From: a virus | IMG/VR virus record: IMGVR_UViG_3300044658_000058 | Span: 64,001 to 128,000 of that record | Length of the DNA: 64,000 nucleotides | Direction: 5' to 3' (one strand) | Shown here: in pieces, positions 46,172 to 55,538 of the stretch | Numbering within the stretch: position 1 is the first letter of the stretch | Layout of the letters: each line of letters opens with the position of its first letter | Notes under the pieces: model-generated | Seen by the model: the letters and a program-made list of their open reading frames with translations, nothing else | Told to the model about the DNA's origin: nothing | Database searches by the model: none | Translations under genes and position numbers: made by a program

Positions 46172-46362
46172 TCGTCTTCTCGTAGCGGTCTGTGAGAATT
46201 TTCAAAAACTGTCTAAGCTCTACATCGCTGCAAGCAAGGGTGAGAGTGGTAAACCCGTCCTTACAGGACGGAATGTACACTTCCCAAAGAGTGTGCATGG
46301 AACGTCCCTTCGTTGGCCGGATGACAAGCTTCTATACGAAGCATTGTCTTGCTACAAGGCGA
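46172..46362 (+). ncRNA. Candidate ~190-nt multibranch ncRNA
   Basis: Closing stem plus at least 3 internal hairpins; G-U wobbles favour the plus strand. Confidence 0.5.
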
Positions 46363-46468
46363 ATCAACCAAAAAAAGTCCGGATTTTGCCCTTGACATCA
46401 ACTTTCGTGACGATTCGCCTTGACGGTTTCAATATTTTGATTATATTGAATGTAAAAGAGGAATCGAC

Positions 46469-46681
46469 ATGACGAAGTTCAAAGACAAGAAACTCCAATC
46501 GGTGTTCGAGCTTTTTAGCCAGAAACCGCCTTCCGAGCGTGGTTCCGGACTATCAAGGTTCTACTTCAACGGATTGGAGTTTCCAAATAAGGAAAACTTA
46601 AAGCCGGATCGGGGAACGTTTGCATATGCCGCATGGGCGGCGGGTAAGGCAGCTTCGAAGTTAAGAAAAGTCGCCCTTTAA
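46469..46681 (+). CDS. Hypothetical early protein
   Basis: TTGACG..TATATT promoter, GAGG RBS. Confidence 0.7.
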   Translation: MTKFKDKKLQSVFELFSQKPPSERGSGLSRFYFNGLEFPNKENLKPDRGTFAYAAWAAGKAASKLRKVAL

Positions 46682-46963
46682 GCGCCGGGTAGAGCTAATT
46701 TCTGTCGTTACCGTTCTGGTAAGAAGCTCAATATCACCGACAATATGATATTTGGATTGGCCATGCTTGATTTGAGCTATGGCCTTGTCTACCTTATTTG
46801 CATCATCAAACCATAGCTGGTCGATTGTGTCTTCTACCCAACGAACCTCATTGGCCCATGGGCCTGTTCCAACAACGCCAAGTGGAAGATAGATGTTGCC
46901 GTCATTGTCTCGGGCAAGAACCCGAGCGGAATGCTCCGTCTTAATCGTTCTTGAAATCAGCAT
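46661..46963 (-). CDS. Hypothetical protein
   Basis: In operon. Confidence 0.6.
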   Translation of the reverse strand: MLISRTIKTEHSARVLARDNDGNIYLPLGVVGTGPWANEVRWVEDTIDQLWFDDANKVDKAIAQIKHGQSKYHIVGDIELLTRTVTTEISSTRRLKGDFS

Positions 46964-47166
46964 CGGGCAAGAAAATTTGTATTCGGTCCATTGTGTATAT
47001 CGTTCAATGTCTTTTGCTGACCTTCCGGATAGCTTTTGTCGATATCATGAACGAACACCATATCCAGATGGCGCTTGATAAGTTCCGTTTGATGAGCGTT
47101 CAAATCCTTTGGTTCTGATAACTCAAACATGCCCTGTAGCCAATAGCAAAATTCAACTGCCTTCAT
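46957..47166 (-). CDS. Conserved-looking small phage protein
   Basis: FCYWLQGMFEL..IKRHLDMVF. Confidence 0.7.
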   Translation of the reverse strand: MKAVEFCYWLQGMFELSEPKDLNAHQTELIKRHLDMVFVHDIDKSYPEGQQKTLNDIHNGPNTNFLARC

Positions 47167-47399
47167 TCTTTCTCCAATTTCTCGTAATATGAACGATTTT
47201 TAAGTGTTTCGATATATTCGGTGTTGATCTTAAGACTCACTGTAAAATCTGGCGTGTCGGGAATTTTCCCGTTTATAGAAAGCATATGGTCAAACAGAAG
47301 GTCTACCTTTTCATCGGTCGTCAAAGAGCCGAGGCGGACTCGATATTTTTTCAGGGTGACCTTTGGTTGGGATTTTCTGAATGGCCACATCATATCCAC
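47163..47399 (-). CDS. Hypothetical protein
   Basis: In operon. Confidence 0.55.
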   Translation of the reverse strand: MDMMWPFRKSQPKVTLKKYRVRLGSLTTDEKVDLLFDHMLSINGKIPDTPDFTVSLKINTEYIETLKNRSYYEKLEKE

Positions 47400-47899
47400 C
47401 CTTCTAGATATTCGCTAATCATCTTGTAATGTGAAGGAAACGCTACCTCTTCCGGAAGAACATTTTGCCGCAGAGCCATTTCTGTGACTTCCGAATCATG
47501 CGGAAGCGTTAGATCAATGACTTTCGGCTGTACCTTGCAGAACAAAAGATTATGACCGTCAATGGTCACGACATCGATCAATTCCGGTTGCCAGATGGTC
47601 AGTCCGGTTTCTTCCTTGACTTCCCGAATGGCCGCTTCCTGCCACGTTTCGCCAAAATTCTGATATCCTCCCGGCAAAGCGAGCAAACCCGAATCAGTCC
47701 TACGAACCAATAGCAAACATCCATCTTCGTCTGGAATCAATACGACAACGACCGGCAAAGGATTACGAAATTTTGGAAAGCGGCTTTTTAGCTCTTCCAA
47801 GGCATCAGAAATCCATTGTTCAAAGCCATGCTTAGCGTTGAACACTCTGAAAATCTCGTCTGTATCCATATCTTTCAATTGTTCAGTGTATTTTCCCAT
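47390..47899 (-). CDS. NUDIX hydrolase
   Basis: Nudix box GGYQNFGETWQEAAIREVKEETGL. Confidence 0.92.
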   Translation of the reverse strand: MGKYTEQLKDMDTDEIFRVFNAKHGFEQWISDALEELKSRFPKFRNPLPVVVVLIPDEDGCLLLVRRTDSGLLALPGGYQNFGETWQEAAIREVKEETGLTIWQPELIDVVTIDGHNLLFCKVQPKVIDLTLPHDSEVTEMALRQNVLPEEVAFPSHYKMISEYLEGWI

Positions 47900-48179
47900 T
47901 GACGAATCTCTAATATTTTGTTGATATGAACGAGAAAGGAATCACGATGTTTCTCCCAAAGGGTGTCGTTCTCGAACGGCGTGGTGGAATGGTCATCTCT
48001 CGTCACATGAAGAAATTCTATGTGGAAGGGTATTATCAGAACCACTTTATTAGGCGAGTCTTCACCAACAAAGCAGAAGCATTCAAGTTTTTCCGTCAGT
48101 ACCCAAAATGAACCATGTCCCGATTTGACACACGTCGGATCACGGTTTATAACCGCTTGTAATACGAGGAAGGGCGGCA

Positions 48180-48398
48180 ATGCACAAGTCAAAAGCGTCT
48201 TTAAAAAAGGATTTCGGAACCAAACCGGCAGCAACGAAAGCTATCGAGAAAGCTGGTCTTCAACATCTTCCACATATGATTCAGATAAACAGAAACGGTT
48301 CCACTTATCGTTTCGAACCGGTGTTCTTCATCGACAATAGTCATAGTCACTACGATGAAGTTAGGTCATTCGGGTTTACTGTTCGACCTAAGCTGTAA
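48180..48398 (+). CDS. Hypothetical protein
   Basis: ORF with purine-rich RBS. Confidence 0.5.
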   Translation: MHKSKASLKKDFGTKPAATKAIEKAGLQHLPHMIQINRNGSTYRFEPVFFIDNSHSHYDEVRSFGFTVRPKL

Positions 48399-48809
48399 TC
48401 GATTGGAGGACCGCCATCGGGGAACTTATCAACGGTCTTATCCGTGTTCCCCGTGCGCTCCATCCAAGCCTCACATTCCCATTTGACGGTAAAGCAGGCC
48501 AGAATTGTTGTACCGTCTCTGACAATCCATATTGCGTGTGATCTAGCCACGTTTGGAAACCAGCTTCAATAGTTTCCAAATGCCATAGGCCACAGCCGCT
48601 ACAGCGACCACAAACCAAAACATTTAATTCTCCATGATTTCAGTGAACGTACCACAAAAAAGTTTAAAGTCAATAGCTTGACTTCTTACACAAAATGATT
48701 ATATTACGAATGAAAGGGAAGTATCAATGCGATCTTTGAAAGAAATCTTAACAGATCGAGGTAACTGGATCACATTTATCGGTGGTCTTGTCGTCGGTCT
48801 GTTTCTGAA

Positions 48810-49307
48810 ATGGTATTTTGGGATATGACCGACTGGACAGAAAAACAAATCATGGCCGCAAGAGCGATTGCGCTTATCAAGCGCAAGCTTGAGCCAAAAT
48901 GCGAAGCTTGCGGCGTCGGTGCGGATCGTCCGAAATGTTACAATGACCTTGGCGGCTATTGCCAGCGTCACGAACAGGACGACTATAACGCCTACCATTC
49001 AGTGATCGAATCCCTTACCAATGCGGCGTTCACAGGTGATGCCCGTTATCGGTGGGCGATAGACATGCCGATCTATCTCTACAACGATTTCTCGGAAGAA
49101 GAAATTGCGTTGTTGCGGGATTTGGCGGATGCTCCGAATCAGGAACTTAAGACTCGCAAGATCGATGAACGCTTCGCCAGTTTGCGTCGTAAAGGGGCAT
49201 GTTCGCTGTCAGCCCAATACGACTTCTATTGGACAAGACTGGAAAAGAAGGGCCGTGAACTTCTGACATATGTCGATGAAAATAACTTGAAATCATGTAG
49301 CGGCTAG
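48810..49307 (+). CDS. Hypothetical protein with CxxC motif
   Basis: CEACG..C..C; downstream of a TTGACT..TATATT promoter. Confidence 0.65.
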   Translation: MVFWDMTDWTEKQIMAARAIALIKRKLEPKCEACGVGADRPKCYNDLGGYCQRHEQDDYNAYHSVIESLTNAAFTGDARYRWAIDMPIYLYNDFSEEEIALLRDLADAPNQELKTRKIDERFASLRRKGACSLSAQYDFYWTRLEKKGRELLTYVDENNLKSCSG

Positions 49308-49319
49308 ACTACATGATGT

Positions 49320-49411
49320 GAAGCGAGAGGAATCAGTGAAATGATGATTCCTCCTCTAATCAGGCCACACCACAGTTCAGTCGAATGCTCTGTCGGATTT
49401 CCTCTCGCTTC
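49320..49411 (+). ncRNA. Candidate small hairpin RNA with a CCTCCTCT loop
   Basis: GAAGCGAGAGGA/TCCTCTCGCTTC closing stem; inner TGATT-CCTCCTCT-AATCA. Confidence 0.4.
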
Positions 49412-49413
49412 CC

Positions 49414-49659
49414 TTATTCTTCTCCTTCGGCTTCCTCTTCAAAATCGTCATTTTCTGGACTGATGGCATAGCCGTCATACCCGTAGGCTTCTAATCCGGG
49501 GAAGCCGGACCAATCGATATCTTCATCTTCATTCCATAAAGGTTCATCTATTTCGACAGTTCCATCGAAATAGATCGTTTTGGTTTCATGGCAATTATCG
49601 ACATATTTCGTTCCGTCTTCGTCGGTAATTATGCTTCGTTGGATGAATGGGATAAAGAT
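49414..49659 (-). CDS. Very acidic small protein missed by the ORF track (putative ATC start)
   Basis: GGAGG-7 nt-ATC; 81 aa, about 25 D/E versus 3 K/R. Confidence 0.45.
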   Translation of the reverse strand: MFIPFIQRSIITDEDGTKYVDNCHETKTIYFDGTVEIDEPLWNEDEDIDWSGFPGLEAYGYDGYAISPENDDFEEEAEGEE

Positions 49660-49865
49660 GGAACTTCCTCCACTAGCAGTTCTGGTGTTTCTCTTTTTTC
49701 ACGTTTCAAGAGAACCACGGTATGCGGTTTCGAGGCTTTCTCACCATATTCCATGGTGATCATTTCCCAACCGTCTCGACCGAATTCGTTGAGCCTGTCC
49801 TGAAAAGCGGACGGACTTGTCGTAATAGTTTTGTCGATTGTTTCGACACGATATTCCCAAGTCAA
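49629..49865 (-). CDS. DUF4177-like protein
   Basis: WEYRVE..LNEFGRDGWEMI..LKRE. Confidence 0.7.
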   Translation of the reverse strand: MTWEYRVETIDKTITTSPSAFQDRLNEFGRDGWEMITMEYGEKASKPHTVVLLKREKRETPELLVEEVPSLSHSSNEA

Positions 49866-49892
49866 AATTTTTTCCTTCTGGTTACGTTATGA

Positions 49893-50102
49893 CTATGTAG
49901 TCATTCCGTGACCTATGGCATAAGCTATAACGATAACTACGATCATCACGGCACCGAACCCGAGAATAGGATACAGAGAAACCATGTCAGGAAGGCTTGC
50001 CGTTATGACCAGCACACAGAAAGCGATGAATAACATGCCGGTGCCAATTAGAAGTCTTTTCAAATGAACCATGATACAATCTTTAAAATTTCTGGGAGCC
50101 AT
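49893..50102 (-). CDS. Small membrane protein
   Basis: Two hydrophobic segments. Confidence 0.55.
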   Translation of the reverse strand: MAPRNFKDCIMVHLKRLLIGTGMLFIAFCVLVITASLPDMVSLYPILGFGAVMIVVIVIAYAIGHGMTT

Positions 50103-50295
50103 GCTAGCATCAGCACACTAAGGGAAAAAGCCCAACATGAAGCAGCAAGAACATACCAGCGTTGTGTGAACGCAAACCATCCTTTGTACACAAAGTACAA
50201 ACCGAAGAGAGTCACAAAAATATGAACGAAAATTTCTTGCATAATTTCTTGTATCGCATATTGTGAAAGAAATGTCAAGATGATAAGGAAGTGAC

Positions 50296-50556
50296 ATGAA
50301 ACCAGAATATCGAATCGAGAAATGGTCCATCATTGATGGTTATTTCGGTCCCGGCAAACACTTGCTTGGACATATCCAAGGCCATCCAAGATGCACACCC
50401 GGCAAACTTCATGTTACATCACGAATTGTTCGTATCATCGATGACGACGTGATGGAAACCGAAAACTCGATCTATCACCTAGGCGAAGTCGATGGCTGGT
50501 TTAAGCAATTTGAGAGAATTAAGCGTGGCGAAATCAAAAACAATAGCGGCCAATGA
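50296..50556 (+). CDS. Conserved-looking hypothetical protein
   Basis: WS..GHIQGHPR..G..TSRIV..ETENSIYHLG. Confidence 0.75.
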   Translation: MKPEYRIEKWSIIDGYFGPGKHLLGHIQGHPRCTPGKLHVTSRIVRIIDDDVMETENSIYHLGEVDGWFKQFERIKRGEIKNNSGQ

Positions 50557-50752
50557 AGCATTGGAAAAATTGCGTGATGCCGGATATCTGGTGGAATACC
50601 ACACACCGCCAAGGAAATCGCTGGCCATCCGCTTCTATTGCGATCTAAGCAAGAAGGATGTCCCGGTGTTGAACAATCAGGTCGATGCGGTCGTGATCAA
50701 TGAGCTTTGCAAAGAAGGGCCGATAGAAAGTCTTATAACTTCAATGAAATAA
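50492..50752 (+). CDS. Hypothetical protein
   Basis: Follows the previous gene. Confidence 0.5.
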   Translation: MAGLSNLRELSVAKSKTIAANEALEKLRDAGYLVEYHTPPRKSLAIRFYCDLSKKDVPVLNNQVDAVVINELCKEGPIESLITSMK

Positions 50753-50804
50753 AAAATGAGCCGGTCCCGTTGTTTCCTAACGGAAGGGGATGGGGACCGG
50801 CTCA
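50749..50804 (-). terminator. Large-loop hairpin terminator between convergent genes
   Basis: TGAGCCGGTCCC/GGGACCGGCTCA 12-bp stem followed by TTTTTT on the minus strand. Confidence 0.6.
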
Positions 50805-50840
50805 CCGCCTGTTTACGTATGGCCCGCATAACAAGCATCC

Positions 50841-51227
50841 CTAGGTAACCAATTTCGGTTCCTTCGTCAAGAGAGTTTCGTACTTTTGACGAAGCTCGTC
50901 CAATTCTCGGGCTTTCATCACCATCTGTTCCAGAATTTTATTTTTCTGGTGTTCGAACACGATGATCGCCGGATGATTGAGATTTGGCGTTTGAACGAAA
51001 TCATCCATGTTGGTGACGAAAATACTGCCGTTTCCATAGCTTTCCGAGCTACCCCGTTGACCATAGCCATAGGCAGTACAATCGAAGTGAGAACCATTGT
51101 ATTTCACGTCGAAAAAGATATCCAAATCGTCATCGCCTTTATATGGCCAACGAACAACTGAAAAATCCATAAACACCGACGCCCCAGATTTGATCCGGGC
51201 CGAGAATTCTACAATAGTCTTATCCAT
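50841..51227 (-). CDS. Hypothetical protein
   Basis: 128 aa ORF. Confidence 0.65.
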   Translation of the reverse strand: MDKTIVEFSARIKSGASVFMDFSVVRWPYKGDDDLDIFFDVKYNGSHFDCTAYGYGQRGSSESYGNGSIFVTNMDDFVQTPNLNHPAIIVFEHQKNKILEQMVMKARELDELRQKYETLLTKEPKLVT

Positions 51228-51388
51228 TTAATGTTTCGTTCCATAATGTTGAATAAGAATATTTGTCTTCACATACTCTGGAATGTCCGGCCTATTCTTT
51301 GTCATAACTACAGTTATTGGAGCAAACTTGTCATCCTTTGTCCAAGAATAGTATTTGTCGTTGTCAAGTTGGTCAGAAGATTTGGCTG

Positions 51389-51883
51389 TCATGACGGTTT
51401 ACCTTTCTTGATCTTGGGAGTATCACAACGAATATCCAATTTAGAATGTCCGGTGATGTGCTTTTCCGGATGCCGAAGAATACCATAGAAAATTTCCATG
51501 GTCGACTCATAAACTTGTGGTCGAAATGCAGCCGGGGTGAACAATGGTTCTATCAACACACGGGTTCCATCTGGACCTATGCACCAGTGTTGGCGATTAT
51601 GAATCTCCGCCAAGCGCAAACCAACACCAAAACTCTTCATTTGATCCGAGTAGGCTACTTCGATATCTCTAATCGTGTAGGTTTCCCGATAGGTAGGAAC
51701 GGAGAGCCCAAATACGTCTGGGTTGAAATCTTTCCTAAAATCATAAATGCAAACGACTTTTTCGCCTGCCTTAAATTCATGCGTCAAGTGATTCTTCCCA
51801 TTGTTTTCTATGTTCTCTATTAAAAGTTTGCGTCCGACGATAGAGTGACATAGCTTCGTCCAAGCTTTGCGAAAGATCGGCAT
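51389..51883 (-). CDS. Hypothetical phage protein (start probably later)
   Basis: FKAGEKVVCI..YTIR..GLRLAEI..FRP pattern. Confidence 0.65.
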   Translation of the reverse strand: MPIFRKAWTKLCHSIVGRKLLIENIENNGKNHLTHEFKAGEKVVCIYDFRKDFNPDVFGLSVPTYRETYTIRDIEVAYSDQMKSFGVGLRLAEIHNRQHWCIGPDGTRVLIEPLFTPAAFRPQVYESTMEIFYGILRHPEKHITGHSKLDIRCDTPKIKKGKPS

Positions 51884-51979
51884 TTGACAATTTCTCCAAA
51901 TTGGCTTTTGCCCGGTCCCTCAACCCGTGCGGAATGCATAGAGACATGATAATCTCTCGAATGGCGCTTTGTCTATCGA

Positions 51980-52219
51980 TCATGAGCCCAATCGGTGTTG
52001 TGCCAACCATTCCGGAAGTGGAATTCTAGGAGCCCAAAACGCTTGTGTCGCTGGATTGCGTGTTCCGGGTACGTCGAAATATTCCCGGCTTTGTCGATTG
52101 TAGTCCTCTTGGACGTATTTGTCATAGGCGAGGCGTTCACCCGCTGTCATCGAGCGATAAAGTTCTTGCTGACCAGCCCGGTTTAGGTGAACCCAAATTT
52201 GTGAATCGGGGATATTCAT
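51980..52219 (-). CDS. Hypothetical protein
   Basis: ATGA coupling. Confidence 0.55.
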   Translation of the reverse strand: MNIPDSQIWVHLNRAGQQELYRSMTAGERLAYDKYVQEDYNRQSREYFDVPGTRNPATQAFWAPRIPLPEWLAQHRLGS

Positions 52220-52848
52220 TCTTCAAATTTCCGAAATTTTTTTGATTTGCTGACGCCGGGGAAGCGGCGCTTCGACGGCTTTTTGATATTCGGGTCTGGC
52301 AAGGATTCGAAGGTCGCATTTGCCTTAAGTGCCCGGTTTTTGATCATGTCGTTGATCTTGTCGATGTTCAACCCCATCTCGGGAAAAGCGTTGGCAAGCG
52401 TCGTTGCTTCTTCCTGTGTCGGCAAATTTTGGGGTGGTGATATGCCGGGCATAAAAATTTTTGGCGGATTGTCAGCGATGTGTTTTTGTGCAGCTTCGAT
52501 TTCCGCTAAACACTCCGCATCTTCAATCTGTTTCTTGCGGATGTACTCTTGTGCTTCCTCTAGTGTGACATTGTAGGCATGATTTTTGCGCTGTCTGCCC
52601 AATGTATCACGCATTTCATAAGTATTGGCGAAATGCCAATCATACTTTATCTTGTTGTAATAGTTGCCCACATACTCTTCAACATTGTAGTTGCCCTTGT
52701 CATTAGGCACAATGCGATAAGTCCTTTCCGGATACTCTGGAACATCGTCGGTGAGTTCTATTTTCTTCTTCGTTTCAGTTTCGGAATAAGAAACGGCAAA
52801 AATAATACAACCAATAGCTATGGCTATAATCAATAGGTAAAAGATCAT
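52216..52848 (-). CDS. N-terminally membrane-anchored protein
   Basis: Hydrophobic N-terminus. Confidence 0.7.
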   Translation of the reverse strand: MIFYLLIIAIAIGCIIFAVSYSETETKKKIELTDDVPEYPERTYRIVPNDKGNYNVEEYVGNYYNKIKYDWHFANTYEMRDTLGRQRKNHAYNVTLEEAQEYIRKKQIEDAECLAEIEAAQKHIADNPPKIFMPGISPPQNLPTQEEATTLANAFPEMGLNIDKINDMIKNRALKANATFESLPDPNIKKPSKRRFPGVSKSKKFRKFEE

Positions 52849-53159
52849 GCTTCTAATAGTTCTTCGAGTTTATCTGCTATTTGTGGAAATGTGAGCTTAT
52901 CAACATCATTCCATTCCATGATTTGAGTAAGAACACCGGGCGGAAGCTCATAATATATAACAAGGTTAGGGATGGACCAAAAATCCTTGGGACTGGCGAT
53001 TTGACGCATTAGACCAAGCGCACAGTAAGAGTAGTCTTCGGCTCTTGGCTTTTTGATATCACTGGATTTCTCTCTGCGATGAATACCGGCTGTTTGTTCC
53101 CACTTGCCAGAGCGAAGTTCAGAAAGGAACAGTTTCATTTTCTCGGAAATCATCATCAA
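52845..53159 (-). CDS. Paralog family C protein
   Basis: LRSGKWEQ..YCALG..WND..TFPQIADKLE. Confidence 0.75.
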   Translation of the reverse strand: MMMISEKMKLFLSELRSGKWEQTAGIHRREKSSDIKKPRAEDYSYCALGLMRQIASPKDFWSIPNLVIYYELPPGVLTQIMEWNDVDKLTFPQIADKLEELLEA

Positions 53160-53280
53160 ACTCCATGTGAATTGTCAGAATATAGAATAACTCAAAGAGA
53201 AAAGTCAAGTTCTTTCTCGCTTGACTTTCTCCAATAGGCGTGTTATATTAATGAAGTTTATTAGAGATTGGATTTGATCA

Positions 53281-53493
53281 ATGCCACATGTCACGTCTGG
53301 GATGATCCCCGCACCATCCGAACTTTACCAGATGAATCAATGCGTGGAGTTCATGGAAAAGGTGGAAACCACCTTACAGAAAATCGGGCAGAGGACGCAA
53401 CATCCCCGGATCATGGCATTAGCCAGTAGCACGACCGGATTAAGATCGGCTATTCAAGATTTCGTTGAGGGAAAAAATACCCCGACTGAGTAG
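53281..53493 (+). CDS. Hypothetical early protein
   Basis: TTGACT-17-TATATT promoter at 53221. Confidence 0.65.
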   Translation: MPHVTSGMIPAPSELYQMNQCVEFMEKVETTLQKIGQRTQHPRIMALASSTTGLRSAIQDFVEGKNTPTE

Positions 53494-53700
53494 CGGAGGG
53501 GGTTCCAAAATCGGCTTGATTGGAAACGCTACTAGCCGGGGCCGAAGGTCAGCCAAGTTCAGCCAGAATTTGAACTTGGCGATAAAATTCTACCAACCTC
53601 TTTGGCAAAGTCAAGAAAGAAAAGACCGGTGGAAACGAGGGTAACCACCGGTCTAACCCCTAGCCTCTGGAATGGGGGGGCAAACCGTTTGCGACTAGGG
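53489..53700 (+). ncRNA. Candidate structured RNA with three tandem pseudoknots
   Basis: Perfect 10-bp stems whose loops are complementary to immediately downstream sequence. Confidence 0.55.
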
Positions 53701-53914
53701 ACCATGTTGTTACGAAATCTGATGGCTGGTGTCAAGGGACTAAGAATGCGTGGACAAAAATATCTGCACCACGGCAAGTATCACGATGAAAGGTATCGTG
53801 ATCTTGTATCCAAGGCTTGAACCAGCGGTAAAAGAGAACACCATGATCGAAGCCAGCACAAGTTGCAGGAATCCGATCAATGCAAATGTCGGTGCCATCA
53901 AACTAAACGAAACG

Positions 53915-54148
53915 TCACTCACCTTCTTTTTCTTCTTTCTTGTACCAGCCGAGGCGGTTCAGCATCTTTTCAATATCTTCCATGGACGAGCACGGCCCGT
54001 CAAAATTTTCGTCGCCCAAAATGAGCGCCAGAAAAACTTTTTTCTTGTCGTTGTGCCTGAATTCTGCCCATGAGCGATCATCGCCATAATGCCGAAAATT
54101 GCGGAGGCGAACGACTGAACCGTTTCCAATTGTCAACAGATCGTTCAT
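53915..54148 (-). CDS. Hypothetical protein
   Basis: ATGA coupling. Confidence 0.6.
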   Translation of the reverse strand: MNDLLTIGNGSVVRLRNFRHYGDDRSWAEFRHNDKKKVFLALILGDENFDGPCSSMEDIEKMLNRLGWYKKEEKEGE

Positions 54149-54426
54149 GAAAGTTTCCTCACAACGTCGGCAAAGGTAAACACATCTCTTTCGAACATCG
54201 CCACGACATCATGCTCATGGATTTTCAATCGAGCGATAGTCTTGTGCTTTAAATTTCTTGCCAGCACATAACCTTTCGTGTTGAAGGCCAAGGTACTTGC
54301 CGTATTGGGCTCTACCGAAGCCAGAAATTGCGTCAAGGCGCAAGTCTCTATGTTCCTTCTGTTGAATTTTTCATCGCCCTTAGTTTTGCAAAAGGCAATA
54401 AATTGTTCCGTGGAATACTCATTCAT
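54145..54426 (-). CDS. Paralog family D protein
   Basis: FIAFCKTKG..TCALTQF..TFADVV. Confidence 0.7.
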   Translation of the reverse strand: MNEYSTEQFIAFCKTKGDEKFNRRNIETCALTQFLASVEPNTASTLAFNTKGYVLARNLKHKTIARLKIHEHDVVAMFERDVFTFADVVRKLS

Positions 54427-54739
54427 CGGTAAGCACCTTCACCACTTTCGAGAATGTCCGGCAAGAAAACACCCGTTCGATTTCATATGGTTCAAGCCGA
54501 AGATAACCAAGCGTCTTACCGAACCTTTCTTCCGCAAAGGGAAGGCCGGTAGCGATGCTGTATGAGACTGACGCATGGGTCGTCGGATAGATCGACTTGA
54601 AGAACTGTGTCAATGCACAGGTGAATGGATTGGTCGGATCGAACCGCTTTGAACCCTTCGTCTTGCAAAAGGCAAGGAATTCTTCCTTTTCGTGAATCTT
54701 CGGACCAAGAACTTCCATAACATGTCCCTCACTGTTCAT
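54419..54739 (-). CDS. Paralog family D protein
   Basis: FLAFCKTKG..TCALTQF..TFSKVV. Confidence 0.7.
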   Translation of the reverse strand: MNSEGHVMEVLGPKIHEKEEFLAFCKTKGSKRFDPTNPFTCALTQFFKSIYPTTHASVSYSIATGLPFAEERFGKTLGYLRLEPYEIERVFSCRTFSKVVKVLTDE

Positions 54740-55155
54740 ATAACCATTATATAATGATTAATCGGCAATTTGCAAGGGCAGACAATACAGTCCGGATGAC
54801 GAATCGCCAGTCGCTTCCAATTCTTTTTGAGCGCCTTTGACGATTTCCATACATTCCGAATAGGTATCGAACGGCATATAGGTCATACCGTTCACATGTA
54901 TCTGTTGCGACAATGGAAGATAGGACATGATAACCAAAACAAATATGGTATGCAATCAGAAGCTCCAATAATGTGTCGGCTGACCATTATCCGGATGACC
55001 ATACCAGTCAGCCGTTCCATCCTCTTTCAGAACACATTTCTTGGGTTTGGGATTTTCCTTCGACTTCATGATCAGAACGAAGTTGAACAAATCGAATTTT
55101 TCGTCGATTGGTATCCAGTGCGGTTCATGCTTGGGATACGTTTTGGAACCAACTT

Positions 55156-55530
55156 TCATAGCACCGTCTTTTCTTCCGAGCCTTCATAATGCGCAATGGC
55201 CCGATCAAATATGTTCATCACGTCGGTATGCGTGGTGGTTCGATGATCATTGTAGACGGACATGAAATTCATGCCTGTGAGAACGGAGAAAGTATTGCTG
55301 ATATCCCTGAAAATTTCGACCGTTCCGGGCTTCGGATCGCCATGTTCATCAACACCACCAAGTTCATGGAAAGCACGATGCAGAGCGCCGGACATGCACC
55401 ATTTACAGGCTTGCGGGGAATTGAGTGGCGTCATGCGGCCATATTCATCCGTGGCCATATAGAACTTGGTCCAGTTTTCCGGATTGGCGATGACGGCTTT
55501 GCCAGTTTTAAGAATGTCAATCGGTTTCAT
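55156..55530 (-). CDS. Paralog family A (DUF6197-like) protein
   Basis: PENWTK..CKWCMSGAL..YND..HTDVMNIFDRAI. Confidence 0.75.
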   Translation of the reverse strand: MKPIDILKTGKAVIANPENWTKFYMATDEYGRMTPLNSPQACKWCMSGALHRAFHELGGVDEHGDPKPGTVEIFRDISNTFSVLTGMNFMSVYNDHRTTTHTDVMNIFDRAIAHYEGSEEKTVL

Positions 55531-55538
55531 TGATTATC

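Noticed and set aside
49320-49411. Retron msr-msd inverted repeats
   Set aside because: No reverse transcriptase in the window and no msd-like long hairpin
53489-53745. Group I intron or RNase P RNA
   Set aside because: GACTA is present but has no matching S element or exon context; no RNase P conserved regions
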